The notes under the pieces were generated by a model. The model saw only the letters and a list, made by a program, of their open reading frames with translations, was not told the DNA's origin and did no database searches. 64,000 bases of DNA from an uncultured Chthonomonadaceae bacterium (lineage in GTDB: Bacteria; Armatimonadota; Chthonomonadetes; Chthonomonadales; Chthonomonadaceae): NCBI GenBank assembly GCA_963817895.1, contig CAWFQB010000004.1, positions 512,001 through 576,000 on the forward strand, given 5' to 3'. Positions 42,262-52,919 of the stretch are shown here, in pieces; position 1 is the stretch's first letter; each line of letters opens with the position of its first letter. Both the position numbers and the translations under genes were made by a program.

Positions 42262-43534
42262 ATGCAGGCGACAATTTTAGAAGCGAGCGTAGAATTTGTG
42301 CCGCAAACATTGCGCGTTCCGATGCGCCTGAGTTCCGGCGTGATTACCGAAATCACGGAAGCGCAAGCGGCAGTCACGGTGGAAGTGGATGGCAGGCGCG
42401 GGGTGGGGCGAGGAAGCATTTATCTCAGCGACGTGTGGGCGTGGCCCGACCCGATCCTCTCTCACGCGCAACGGGATGCCGAACTGCGCGGTTTGTGTAC
42501 GCGCATAGCACACGAATTGAAAGAACTTTGCGGAGATGAGGCCGCTCACCCGACGGAATTGGGATTGCGCCTGCATGACCGTCTTCAGCAGGAGACAGGT
42601 TCGTCCGTTCCGACCGTTCTGGCGCGAATAATGTGCGGCAGTCCGTTCGACGCCGCCATTCACGACGCGGTTGGAGTCGCTTTGGACCGTTCTGCCTTCT
42701 CCTTTTATAACGATCCTGTTCCGCTTCCTTCCGCCGACGCGTATTTTCCCGAAACCGGCGCGTGTGGGGCGGTTGCCCGAACGTTGCGCCCGAACCCGTT
42801 AAAGCAGTTCGACGCATGGCTGTGCGTGAGCAAGGATGATACGCTGGAACGCGACATCGCGCCCTGGATTCGGGAACGGAATTATCGCAGTTTCAAATTG
42901 AAACTGATGGGCAAGGACAGCGTAGCGGATGCCGCCCGCACCGTTGAAATTTATCGGGGCGTACAGGAATGGGGAGCCGTTCGCCCGCGCCTCTCCGTTG
43001 ACAGCAACGAGGGCAACCCCGATGCCGCAAGCGTCCTGGAGTATCTGCTGCGCCTGCAAGCCGACGCCCCGGACGTATTCGCCGCGCTGGAATATCTCGA
43101 ACAGCCCACAAGCCGCGACATTCTCGGTTCGCCGCAAAACTGGCGTGACGTTACCAAACTTAAACCCGTGATACTGGATGAGGGACTAACGGGAATGGAA
43201 CTGCTTCACGCGGTTCAGGAACAGGGCTGGAGCGGTATCGCGATTAAAACCTGCAAGGGACACAGTTTCTCGCTTGTCGCTGCTGCATGGGCGCGACAAA
43301 AGGGGCTTGAAGTCTGCTTGCAGGACTTGACCAATCCGGGCCTGTCCGCCATTCATTCCGCCCTTGTCGCCGCGCTGTGTTCCCACCCTGAACGGCATAG
43401 AACTCAATTCGCCACAATATACGCCGGACGCCAACGCCGATTGGCTGCCCCGTCTCAGCGGACTGTTCGCGCCCACGGATGGCCTGCACCGCCTGCCCGA
43501 TACCATCCCTGCCGGACTTGGTTCACAACTATGA
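42262..43534 (+). CDS. Enolase-superfamily (mandelate racemase/MLE-like) enzyme, frameshift near 43385
   Basis: FKLKL, SVDSNE, YLEQP, ILDE, AIKTCKG; tail in another frame ends with ATGA overlap. Confidence 0.82.
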
Positions 43535-44565
43535 GCGACGCTATGATACCCAACGAGGAGACGCTGGAAGACCTGCTCAGTACGCCCACGCCCGCCGTCA
43601 TCGAAATGATGCGGCAGATTGCAGGGCGATATTCTGGTGTTAGGCGTTGGCGGGAAAATGGGGCCGACGCTGGCGCGGATGGCGAAACGGGCGTCGGAGC
43701 AGGCGGGAACAAATCGGCGCGTTATCGGCGTGTCGCGGTTCAACAGTGGGGGTATGGAAGCGAAGTTGAACGCGCATGGCGTGGAAACCAAGCGCTGTGA
43801 CCTGCTTGATACCGATGCTCTCGCCGCCCTGCCGGACGCGCCCAATATTGTGTACATGGCGGGAATGAAGTTCGGCGCGACGGACAACGAGCCGCTGACG
43901 TGGGCCATGAACAGTTACCTGCCCGGTATGGTGTGCCAGAAGTTCAGACATAGCCGCATTGTGGCGTTTTCAACGGGCAACGTGTATGGCCTGACTGCCC
44001 CTCCAGACAGGCGGCTCGGTGGAAACGGATATTTGCGCGCCGGTCGGGGATTACGCGATGAGTTGTCTGGGGCGCGAACGCATTTTCGCGCATTTCAGCC
44101 GGACGCTCCAAATTCCCGTTGCCCTGATACGCCTGAACTACGCGGTGGAAATGCGCTACGGCGTATTGCTGGATGTCGCGCGGCGCGTCTGGTCAGGCGA
44201 ACCCGTCAATCTGAATATGGCAATGGCGAATGTGATCTGGCAGGCGGACGCCAACGCGCACAGCCTGCTTGCGTTCGCGCATTGCGCCCATCCGCCCTTT
44301 GTCGTCAACGTCACCGGCCCGGAAACCTTGAGCATCCGCCGCGTTGCGGAACAGTTCGGGCAGATGTTCGGCAAGCCTCCCCGTTTTGAAGGGCGAGGAA
44401 GCGACGCAGGCATTGTTAAGCAACGCCCAACTGTCTCACCATTTGTTCGGCTATCCCACTGTACCTGTGCAGCAGATCATGCAATGGACTGCCGATTGGG
44501 TACAGCGCGGCGGCCCTACGCTCAACAAACCAACGCATTTTGAAACGCGTGATGGCAAGTTTTAG
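43531..44565 (+). CDS. NAD-dependent epimerase/dehydratase-family protein, frameshifts near 43620, 44005, 44395
   Basis: ILVLGVGGKMGPTLA, MAGMKFG, FSTGNVY, YAMSCLGRER, KPTHFETRDGKF. Confidence 0.8.
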
Positions 44566-45631
44566 TCAGGAGCGAACATTGCGCCTTGATCCGAACATTC
44601 ATACCGCGTTGCAGCAGGGGCTTGTCATTCCGGCCAGTCCGCTGGCGTTGAACGCGGCCCGGAAATGGGATGAGCGGCGGCAGCAAGCGTTGTGGCGGTA
44701 TTATGCGGCGGCGGGAGTGGGCGGAATCGCGTTCGCGGTTCATACCACGCAGTTTGCCATCCGCGACTCGCGTATCGGGCTGTTTGAACCTTTGCTGTCC
44801 CTGGCGCGGGAGGAGATGACGCGACTGGATGCGGGCCGGGAAACGCCCCTTGTTCGCATCGCAGGCATTTGCGGCGCAATGCGGCAGGCGGCTGCGGAAG
44901 CCACCATCCTGCGCGAACACGGGTTTCATGCCGGATTGCTCAGTCTCGCCGCCCTATCCGATGTAAACGAAGAAGACTTGATTGCCCATTGCCAAACCGT
45001 TGCCGACATCGTTCCCATCATCGGCTTTTACTTGCAGCCATCCGTTGGCGGAAGGCTGCTTTCGTACCGGTTCTGGCGGCGTTTCGCGGAAATTGAAAAT
45101 GTTGCCGCCATCAAGATCGCGCCGTTCAACCGTTATCAGACGCTGGATGTGGTTCGCGCCATTGCGGAATCGGGGCGGGACGATATTGCCCTGTACACCG
45201 GCAACGACGACAACATCGTGCTGGATTTAATCACGCCGTACCGTTTTCAGGTGAACGGTAAACCGGTAGAACGGCGCATCGTTGGCGGTTTGCTCGGACA
45301 CTGGGCCGTGTGGACGCGCCGCGCTGTGGAACTGCTCAACGATTGTCACCACATAATAAAGGACGACGAGGCAATACCATCAGAGTTGCTTCGCCGGGGT
45401 GTGGAAATTACGGACTGCAACGCGGCCTTTTTCGATGCCGCAAACGGCTTCCGGGGCTGCATTGCCGGACTGCATGAGGTTCTGCGCCGTCAGGGATTGC
45501 TGGAGGGGATCTGGTGTCTGAACCCCTCAGAAACCCTCAGTCCCGGCCAACAGGATGAAATTGACCGCGTATACCGGGCGTACCCCCATTTGCATGACGA
45601 CGAATTTATAAACCGACATCGGGCCGAGTAA
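44552..45631 (+). CDS. Dihydrodipicolinate synthase-family (DapA-like) aldolase/dehydratase
   Basis: VIPASPLAL, AVHTTQF, GFYLQPSVGG, AIKIAPFNRY, LYTGNDD. Confidence 0.82.
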   Translation: MASFSQERTLRLDPNIHTALQQGLVIPASPLALNAARKWDERRQQALWRYYAAAGVGGIAFAVHTTQFAIRDSRIGLFEPLLSLAREEMTRLDAGRETPLVRIAGICGAMRQAAAEATILREHGFHAGLLSLAALSDVNEEDLIAHCQTVADIVPIIGFYLQPSVGGRLLSYRFWRRFAEIENVAAIKIAPFNRYQTLDVVRAIAESGRDDIALYTGNDDNIVLDLITPYRFQVNGKPVERRIVGGLLGHWAVWTRRAVELLNDCHHIIKDDEAIPSELLRRGVEITDCNAAFFDAANGFRGCIAGLHEVLRRQGLLEGIWCLNPSETLSPGQQDEIDRVYRAYPHLHDDEFINRHRAE

Positions 45632-45706
45632 CTTTGCAAGTTAGATTGTATCTACAGAAACGGAAGCCATACAGATAAACTGCTTCTTTTTCAGGAGATT
45701 ACACCC

Positions 45707-46339
45707 ATGAACCGCAAACAATTCCTTTGTTCAGTCGCGGGGGCAAGCCTGACTGAAGCAATCCCTTCTCTAGCAAGCGGCATACCGAAATCGCCTCTGG
45801 CTCTCACCATTCTCTCAACATCCATACGCCTCAATGCTTACATGAGTCCTCATGGGGAGACGCCGACGCGCTGCCTGAAAATGTCTCCGACTACTCCTCA
45901 CTTCAATGTCGCTATCCAGAACATTTCACAAAATCCCATCAGACTTTGGAATGAGGATAGCAGTTGGGGTTCGGGCAACCTGACGCTGGAAATCAGTGCT
46001 GTAGGCGCAAAGTGGTTCGGGGCGCCGATCAGAGTGGAACGCAAACGAGATGTTTGGTACTCAAATATGGCTCAGTTCTCGATTTTGTATCCCGGTGAAA
46101 TGATTATGCGGGAAGTGACGCTGGAGGTTCCTGACGCCCAGGCTGGCGGTCATGCTCAAAAGGGTCGCTGGCCTTACAAAGGTTTCCCCCTTGCCGCCGT
46201 TGGCCTGGTTAATTCTGTACAAATGCGCGCTGTTTATGAAATTCTGCCGGATAAATTGTCAGCGCAAGAGAATGTCTGGACCGGCAAAATTATTTCCCCG
46301 GAGAACACCTACGTTCTTTACATGACTGAATTCGATTAA
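45707..46339 (+). CDS. Hypothetical exported protein (Tat-like MNRKQFL leader)
   Basis: AGGAG RBS; 210-aa ORF; no recognised domain. Confidence 0.6.
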   Translation: MNRKQFLCSVAGASLTEAIPSLASGIPKSPLALTILSTSIRLNAYMSPHGETPTRCLKMSPTTPHFNVAIQNISQNPIRLWNEDSSWGSGNLTLEISAVGAKWFGAPIRVERKRDVWYSNMAQFSILYPGEMIMREVTLEVPDAQAGGHAQKGRWPYKGFPLAAVGLVNSVQMRAVYEILPDKLSAQENVWTGKIISPENTYVLYMTEFD

Positions 46340-46494
46340 AATGATAGATTTGACGCTCCTGTAATTTCAAGGCTCTGGTTTGAACGGCCTTTGATTTTAG
46401 GTATACTCTTGGAAGCGTGTTCGGCATGGAGTAGATTTTGACAGACTTCGCCGTCCGCCACGCGCCACTATTTTGAAAAGGAATCACAATCGTT

Positions 46495-47577
46495 ATGGCC
46501 GAGAAAGTACGGATCGGGATCGTCGGATGCGGCGGTATCGCCAACGGAAAGCATTTCCCCAGCCTTTCCAAACTCTCCAATGTAGAACTGGTCGCATTCT
46601 GCGACATTGTGCCGGAGCGCGCGGAACTGGGCATGGCGAAGTACGGCGCGAAAGACGCCAAAACCTACACGGATTATCGCAAGCTGCTGGAAGACAAGAC
46701 TATTGATGTTGTCCACGTCCTGACGCCCAACGACGCCCACGCGGAAGTTTCTATCGCCGCAATGGAAGCGGGCAAGCACTGCATGTCCGAAAAACCGATG
46801 GCGAAAACGGCGGAGGGCGCGCGGCGCATGGTGGAAGCAGCCAAGCGCACGGGCAAGAAATTGACGATTGGCTACAACAACCGCTTCCGGCCCGATAGCC
46901 AGTATCTGCACAACATCTGCGAAGCGGGCGACCTGGGCGAGATTTACTTTGCCAAAGCCCACGCCATTCGACGGCGCGCGGTTCCCACCTGGGGCGTGTT
47001 TCTGGACGAAGAGAAACAGGGCGGCGGGCCGCTGATTGATATTGGAACCCACGCGCTCGACCTGACCTTGTGGATGATGAACAACTACGAGCCGAAAACG
47101 GTAGTCGGCACGACCTACCACAAACTGGCGCACAAAGAAAACGCCGCCAATGCCTTCGGCCCCTGGGACCCGAAAAAGTTCACGGTAGAAGATTCGGCGT
47201 TCGGTTTCATCACGATGAAGAACGGCGCGACTGTAGTGCTGGAATCCTCGTGGGCGCTCAACACGCTGCAAGTGGACGAGGCGAAATGTACCCTGTGCGG
47301 CACAGAAGGCGGCGCGGACATGATCGGCGGCCTGCGCTTGAACGGCGAAAATCTCGGACGCATGTACCAGACGCAGGTAGACGTAAAATCCGGCGGCGTG
47401 GCGTTTTATGAGGGTAAGACCGAAAGCGACGCTGATCTGGAAGCCCGTTTGTGGATCGAGGCCATCCTCAACGATACGCAGCCTGTGACCACGCCCGAAC
47501 AGGCTTGTGTCGTGTCCGAGATTCTGGAAGCCATCTACACCTCGGCCCGTACCGGTCAGGCTGTCACTTTCCCGTAA
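46495..47577 (+). CDS. Gfo/Idh/MocA oxidoreductase
   Basis: IGIVGCGGIA, HCMSEKPM, GGGPLIDIGTHALD. Confidence 0.92.
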   Translation: MAEKVRIGIVGCGGIANGKHFPSLSKLSNVELVAFCDIVPERAELGMAKYGAKDAKTYTDYRKLLEDKTIDVVHVLTPNDAHAEVSIAAMEAGKHCMSEKPMAKTAEGARRMVEAAKRTGKKLTIGYNNRFRPDSQYLHNICEAGDLGEIYFAKAHAIRRRAVPTWGVFLDEEKQGGGPLIDIGTHALDLTLWMMNNYEPKTVVGTTYHKLAHKENAANAFGPWDPKKFTVEDSAFGFITMKNGATVVLESSWALNTLQVDEAKCTLCGTEGGADMIGGLRLNGENLGRMYQTQVDVKSGGVAFYEGKTESDADLEARLWIEAILNDTQPVTTPEQACVVSEILEAIYTSARTGQAVTFP

Positions 47578-47619
47578 AACATTAGCCGATACCTTTCACA
47601 GGTTACAGCGTTATCAACA

Positions 47620-47663
47620 TTCAGCGCCCGCCACAGGCTTCCGGGCTTGTGGCGGGCGCTGAA
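47620..47663. terminator. Hairpin between convergent genes
   Basis: ttcagcgcccgccaca...tgtggcgggcgctgaa. Confidence 0.65.
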
Positions 47664-47715
47664 CTGCTTTGCCTGCGCTCAGGGCGCATCGGCAAGCGCG
47701 TCTTTACGGCTTGTT

Positions 47716-48216
47716 TCAGTAGGGATTGTCAATGTCGTAGTCGTTGTTAGTTTCGATGAACTCCGGCACCTGATTGAGCGCGTCCACGGTGAAGCGCAGA
47801 TATTTATGCGGCGCGTGGATATTGACCGGCGTGGCGATCAGCACGTATACGGACTGTCCGGGCGCAATCGCAGGAACGTTGGCGTCGCCGATTTGCAGAT
47901 AGTTGATGCCCTCATACAGATTGTACGTCAGCTTGCACGGCGTCGAGGCGAGCGTACCCTGATTGTTGACAAGTACGCGGGCGTAGTTCGGGTTGTATTT
48001 GTTGCTGCGGTCGAAGTAGTCAGCCACGCCCGTAATACGCAGTTCCGCCAGATGCAGGCCGTCCGCCTGCGCCTGCGTCGGTCGCGCCAATGGCATCGCT
48101 AGCGGCAATGCCGCCAATCCACAAAGCAGGGCGCGTTTCACGCCGAGCCACATTTTGCCGACAGTGGTACGGGTTGGCGCGTTCATTGTCGCGCTGATAT
48201 TTGAAGTGTTTTTCAT
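47716..48216 (-). CDS. Secreted CARDB-like (Ig-fold) protein A
   Basis: Signal peptide; VNNQG, VPAIAPGQS, VDALNQVPEFIETNN. Confidence 0.75.
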   Translation of the reverse strand: MKNTSNISATMNAPTRTTVGKMWLGVKRALLCGLAALPLAMPLARPTQAQADGLHLAELRITGVADYFDRSNKYNPNYARVLVNNQGTLASTPCKLTYNLYEGINYLQIGDANVPAIAPGQSVYVLIATPVNIHAPHKYLRFTVDALNQVPEFIETNNDYDIDNPY

Positions 48217-48285
48217 CGTTAAAGATTCCTTTTCTTGTTCTGGAAAGTGGTTTCGCTCTGTCATTGAGCGTATTCAGGCTGCAAT

Positions 48286-48792
48286 TCAGGGAATAACAAC
48301 CGAGTAAGTGTTGTTGAATTCGTTCTTTTCGTCCACGTCGTTGTAGGTGTCCGCCTCGAACAGCGTGGTCGTGCCAGGCGCGAAGATCGGTGTGGACATA
48401 CTCACGGTCACATTGGCCGCTTCCCCCGGATGCAGCGCGGGTACAGGGTAGTAAAGCGAGTAGCTTCCAGCCCCCTTTGTGAACTGCACCCGCAGCGTGC
48501 AGGGTTTGGACGCGGTCATTCTCTGGTTCAGGATTTTAGGCCAGACATGGTAGGGGTCTGCCTGCCCGCCCGGCTTTGCCAGAACGATAACACCGAGGAT
48601 GGTCAGGTCAGGCCGCGTATCCTGCCTGATAATGGGCGGGGGCGCGGCGGTTTCGGCGACAGCGGCGGAGTGTAATGATGGGATCATCAGGGTCAATCCG
48701 GCTAGGCCGCACAGCAAGGCGCGTTTCATCGGCATTTTCAGGCCGGAGGTTGTCGCGTTCGTTTTCACAGTCACACTCTTCGTCGTATACAT
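48286..48792 (-). CDS. Secreted CARDB-like (Ig-fold) protein B
   Basis: Signal peptide; PDLTI, VPALHPGE, ADTYNDVDEKNEFNN. Confidence 0.78.
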   Translation of the reverse strand: MYTTKSVTVKTNATTSGLKMPMKRALLCGLAGLTLMIPSLHSAAVAETAAPPPIIRQDTRPDLTILGVIVLAKPGGQADPYHVWPKILNQRMTASKPCTLRVQFTKGAGSYSLYYPVPALHPGEAANVTVSMSTPIFAPGTTTLFEADTYNDVDEKNEFNNTYSVVIP

Positions 48793-49124
48793 GGTTAAAG
48801 CTTCCTTCCAGGGAATAGTGTTCCGCTCTGGACTGCCGCGCTCGTTTGCGTCAGAAACGTCCGGCGGGTCATTTGTCATGTCGCGCGTTCGCGTTGTTTT
48901 AGCATGGTAATCGTGTACTCCTTTGCCTTGCCTGTCGTTGTTCCGTCTGCCTTATCGAACTGCATTGGGTACAGGATACAAGCCTTGCGTCAGCGTAATG
49001 TCAGATTACCGTGATAACAGCGTTATATTTGGCGATTTTTATTTTTGATGCCAAGTGACACCAGAAAACCCCTGACCTGACGCATTAAGCGACCGGAAAG
49101 GGGTTGGGGTGAGGTTAAAACCTG

Positions 49125-51367
49125 CTATTCTTCCGAAGAGGAAAGCGAGAAAGGCAGAGCATCGGGGGGGAGTTGCGGCGTAATAAACGCCGTATCCGAC
49201 ATTTGGAATTTCAGCGTACCGCCCTGCGCGACTTCGGCATGGGACAGCCAGCATCGCTCCTGCTTTGCGCTATTCAACGTGACTTGCTGAACATAGCGGC
49301 GTTCGTCGGAAACATCCCCGCCTTCAATGGTCAGTTCACTGCCGTTTTCGAAGTGGAGAACGGCGCGGGGAAAGAGGGGCGCGCTCAGTGTCCATGAGGG
49401 ATGGCCGGGACATAGCGGATACAAACCCAATGCGCTCAGAATATACCACGCGGACATTTCGCCGTTGTCTTCGTCGCCGGGAAACACATCGGGCGTGTAC
49501 AACTCGTTCAGGACGCGGCGTACCCAATGCTGCGTGAGATCGGGACGCCCTGCCGCCGTGAACAGATACAAAGCGTGGTGTACGGGCTGATTGGAGTGCG
49601 CATACTGCCCGAAACCCGGCGCAGGCCATTTCGGTCATTTCGTGTATCTCAAAACCGTAATGCCCCACTTCAAAGCGCGGCGGCAGGGACAGCATCTGTT
49701 CCAGTTTGGCGACGAACGCTTCCGCGCCACCCATTAAAGCAATCAGTCCAGCAGGGTCGTGCGGAACCGCCCATGTAGACTGCCACGGCCCGCCCTCCAC
49801 GTAAGGGTCGCCCCACTGCCACTCATTGTACGCGGCCCATTCGCCACTTGCCTTACGCCCACGCATAAAACCAACGGACAAGTCATACAAATGCTTGTAG
49901 TTTTGGGAACGAGCGAGGAAAAGCTGCGCATCCTCATTCTTTCCAAGCGCGTGGGCAATCTGCGCGAGGCAGAAATCATCGTAAGCGTAATCCAGCGAAC
50001 GGGCAACGGATTCGTGATGATTATCTGAGGCGACATACCCTTTTTCAAGATAATCCGCGATGCCTATCCGCCCAAAGTTGCCTGCCGCGTCGCCGGCTTC
50101 AAAGGCGTGTTTGCGCATCCCGGCATACGCCGTTTCCAGATCGAACCCGCGTATGCCCCGCGACGGCATCGGCAAACACAGCGTCAATGTGCGTTCCCAC
50201 CATGCAGGCGCGATAACCCGGACTGGCCCACTGCGGAAACCAGCCGCCCTCGCGGTACGCCTGCGTCCAGCCCTCCAGTATTTCGTTTAATTGCGCGGGC
50301 ATCAGCAGGGCGAACAGCGGATAAACCGTTCGGTACGTGTCCCAAAAGCCGTTATCCGCGTACAACACGCCGTCATGCGCCTGCCCGTCGTAGGGGCTGA
50401 AGTGAACGGGCCTGTCGTTCGCGTCAAACTCGTGCCACCGGCGCGGAAACAGATGAACGCGGTACAGGCAGGAATAAAATACGCGGCGCTGCGCGTCCGT
50501 GCCGCCCTCGATCTGTATTCGGTTCAGCGCGTTTTCCCAAACCTCCTGCGCCTGCGCCCGGATTTCGTCAAAACCTACGCTCCCAATCTCGCGCTCCAAA
50601 TTACGTTCCGCCTGCTCGATGCTCAGAAACGATGTGGCGATCTTCATTTCCACACTTGCGCCGGTTTCCAGCGCGAACGTAACCGCCGCGCCCGCCCGCG
50701 TTCCCCTGCGCTCGCCTCCCTCATCACCCTCCTGAACAATGTCCCTGCTGGCGGCAAACGTCGCCTGTTCCGAAAACGGGCGGTCAAACGTCGCCACAAA
50801 ATAGCAGGCGAAGTTGTCCGGCGCGCCGCCCGTTTTCCCGCGCGTGTAGCCAACCACGCGATTACGTTCCGGCTCAATCCGTACCCACAACTCGCCATGA
50901 CACGGCTCAATCAACACGCGCGCCTGTCGGGTTGCGGGAAACTGAAACCGGAATACGGCGCAGCGCTCGGTGGGCGTGATTTCCAGCCGCGTGTCATACC
51001 GCAGCAAATCGGCGCAGAAATAATCGGGACGAAACTGGCTTGTTTCCGGCTGATACCCTGAAGACCGCGCCTCATTTCCCGGCAGCAGCGCGCCCACCTG
51101 CGGCATGACGACGAAATGGCCGTAATCTCCGATCCACGGACTGGGCTGGTGTGTGGCGCGAACGCCCTGCAATTTGCGCGCCCGCGCATCGAAGAACCAG
51201 TTGCCTTCCGCCGTTTGCGGACTCCAGTGCGTCATGCCAAAAGGTCGGGCAACGAGGGGAAAACAGTTACCCTGCGAAAATCCGAAGTGCGAATTGGCTC
51301 CCTGCCGCAAATTGACAAGGTTCAGCGGATCTGTTTCAGAGTTGGTTTGGGGGTTTGATGTAGACAT
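49125..51367 (-). CDS. GH92 alpha-mannosidase family, frameshifts near 50160 and 49615
   Basis: PFGMTHWSPQT, THQPSPWIGDYG, GFWDTYRT, MVGTH, SLDYAYDD, PGDEDNGEMSAWY. Confidence 0.9.
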
Positions 51368-51391
51368 GCCGTGTTGTTCCACACGGGCGTA

Positions 51392-51961
51392 TCAGGAACC
51401 TGCTTCATTTTCGCGCAAACAGATCATGTCGGCAGCCGCAGATAAATCGGGGAGGATGTAGTCAGGATGCGGGGCGGGAAACTCAGCAGCGTCAAACGCG
51501 GAAGTATGTCCCGTCAATACCAGAATGGCGCGGCATCCGGCAGCATGGGCGGCATGAATATCGCGGGGCGTATCGCCAATCGCATAGCACTGCGCCAGAT
51601 CGAAATGGTGTTCCCGCGCCGCTTGCAGCAACATTCCGGGCAGGGGCTTGCGGCACTCGCAGCCGTCATCGGGATGGTGCGGGCAAAAATAAATGGCGCG
51701 GATTTCGCCGCCCGCAACGGCAATCTCCGCCCGCAGTTTCGCGTGAATCAAATCCAGCGTTTCCGCCGTGAAGCGCCCGCGCCCGATGCCCGCCTGATTG
51801 GTGAACACAATCATCGGCCAGCCCGCCCGATGCAACCGCGCAAGGGCGTCCGCCACACCAGGCAGCAGTTCCAAATCTTCCGGGCGCGTGACATACCCGC
51901 CCAATTCCCGGTTCAGCACCCCGTCCCGATCCACAAACACCGCTCGCCCCAACTCGCTCAC
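51392..51961 (-). CDS. gmhB: D-glycero-D-manno-heptose-1,7-bisphosphate phosphatase
   Basis: FVDRDGVL, TNQAG, CPHHPDDGCECRKP, IGD. Confidence 0.92.
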   Translation of the reverse strand: MSELGRAVFVDRDGVLNRELGGYVTRPEDLELLPGVADALARLHRAGWPMIVFTNQAGIGRGRFTAETLDLIHAKLRAEIAVAGGEIRAIYFCPHHPDDGCECRKPLPGMLLQAAREHHFDLAQCYAIGDTPRDIHAAHAAGCRAILVLTGHTSAFDAAEFPAPHPDYILPDLSAAADMICLRENEAGS

Positions 51962-51981
51962 GTTCAGCCTCCAACACAGAA

Positions 51982-52117
51982 TAAACCACGGGGAACACGG
52001 GGGACACGGGGGAGAAAAACCGGGGAATCAAGAATCGAGAGCAACTGCTAAATACACGAAGTTCTTCCCCTGTCTTTCCCCTCTCCTCCCCGTGTCCCCC
52101 GTGTTCCCCGTGGTTTA
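51982..52117. repeat. 30-bp perfect inverted repeat built from 9-mer units
   Basis: taaaccacggggaacacgggggacacgggg (51982-52011) and complement 52088-52117, which includes the gmhA stop. Confidence 0.93.
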
Positions 52118-52700
52118 GCCTCTTTGCGTTTCCAGTTTGGCGCGTTCTTGCAGGGTGGAGAAGATCAGGTGCAGGAGGATCATGTGAACGTCTTCGATGC
52201 GCTGCATGTTGTCGCTTGCCACCACGATGCACTGCTGCGCGGCCTGCTTGAGTTTGCCGCCCGCAAAGCCCGCCAGTCCGAGCGTGGTGCGCTCCCGCTT
52301 CATTGGCGGCGACAATGCCGTTGATGATGTTCATGCTGTTGCCGCTGCCGCTGACGCCGAGAACCACATCGCCCGGTTCGGCCCAGCACTGTACCTGCGG
52401 CGTGAAAACGTTGTCCCAACTGGTGTCATTGGCCCACGCCATCATCAGCGGGGTGCAGTCGGACAGACAAAGGGTGCGCAGGGGCTTGCCGGCTTCCAGA
52501 TGAATGTTCTTCTGCATGTCGTTGACGATGTGGCTTACGCTGCTGCTGCTGCCGCCGTTGCCCATCAACAGCACGCGCTTGCCATCCCGCCACGCCGTCA
52601 GCAGCACATCCACCATCGGCTCCACCTGCGCCGCGTCAATCTCCTGAATGAGATTTTGCACATCCGCCAGATAATCACAAACAAACTTTTTCGTGTCCAT
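52115..52700 (-). CDS. gmhA: Sedoheptulose-7-phosphate isomerase (SIS), frameshift near 52290
   Basis: GNGGS, AWAND, GVSGSGNSMN, GFAGGKL, IEDVH. Confidence 0.88.
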
Positions 52701-52721
52701 ATTCTTCCTTTTGTTGAGATA

Positions 52722-52827
52722 CCTCACCCCAACCCCTCTCCTTGCCGCTCCTACGTCGCTAGGAGAGGGGCTAATGTATGTTGTAACTCCTCTCCTTGCC
52801 GCTCGTTCCTCACTTGGAGAGGGGCTA
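52722..52827 (+). repeat. Two tandem CCCTCACCCC-type hairpins
   Basis: cctcaccccaacccctctcctt...aggagaggggcta, then cctctccttgccgctc...ggagaggggcta. Confidence 0.82.
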
Positions 52828-52866
52828 TTCTTGAATGAGGGAAAGAGGCTGAATGGTTACTCTTTT

Positions 52867-52916
52867 CTCTGCATCCCTCTGTGAAACCTCTGTGTCTCTG
52901 TGCCTCTGTGGTGAAA
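52867..52916 (-). repeat. Orphan arm of 9-mer repeat family
   Basis: Reverse complement tttcaccacagaggcacagagacacagagg... Confidence 0.75.
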
Positions 52917-52919
52917 GTT

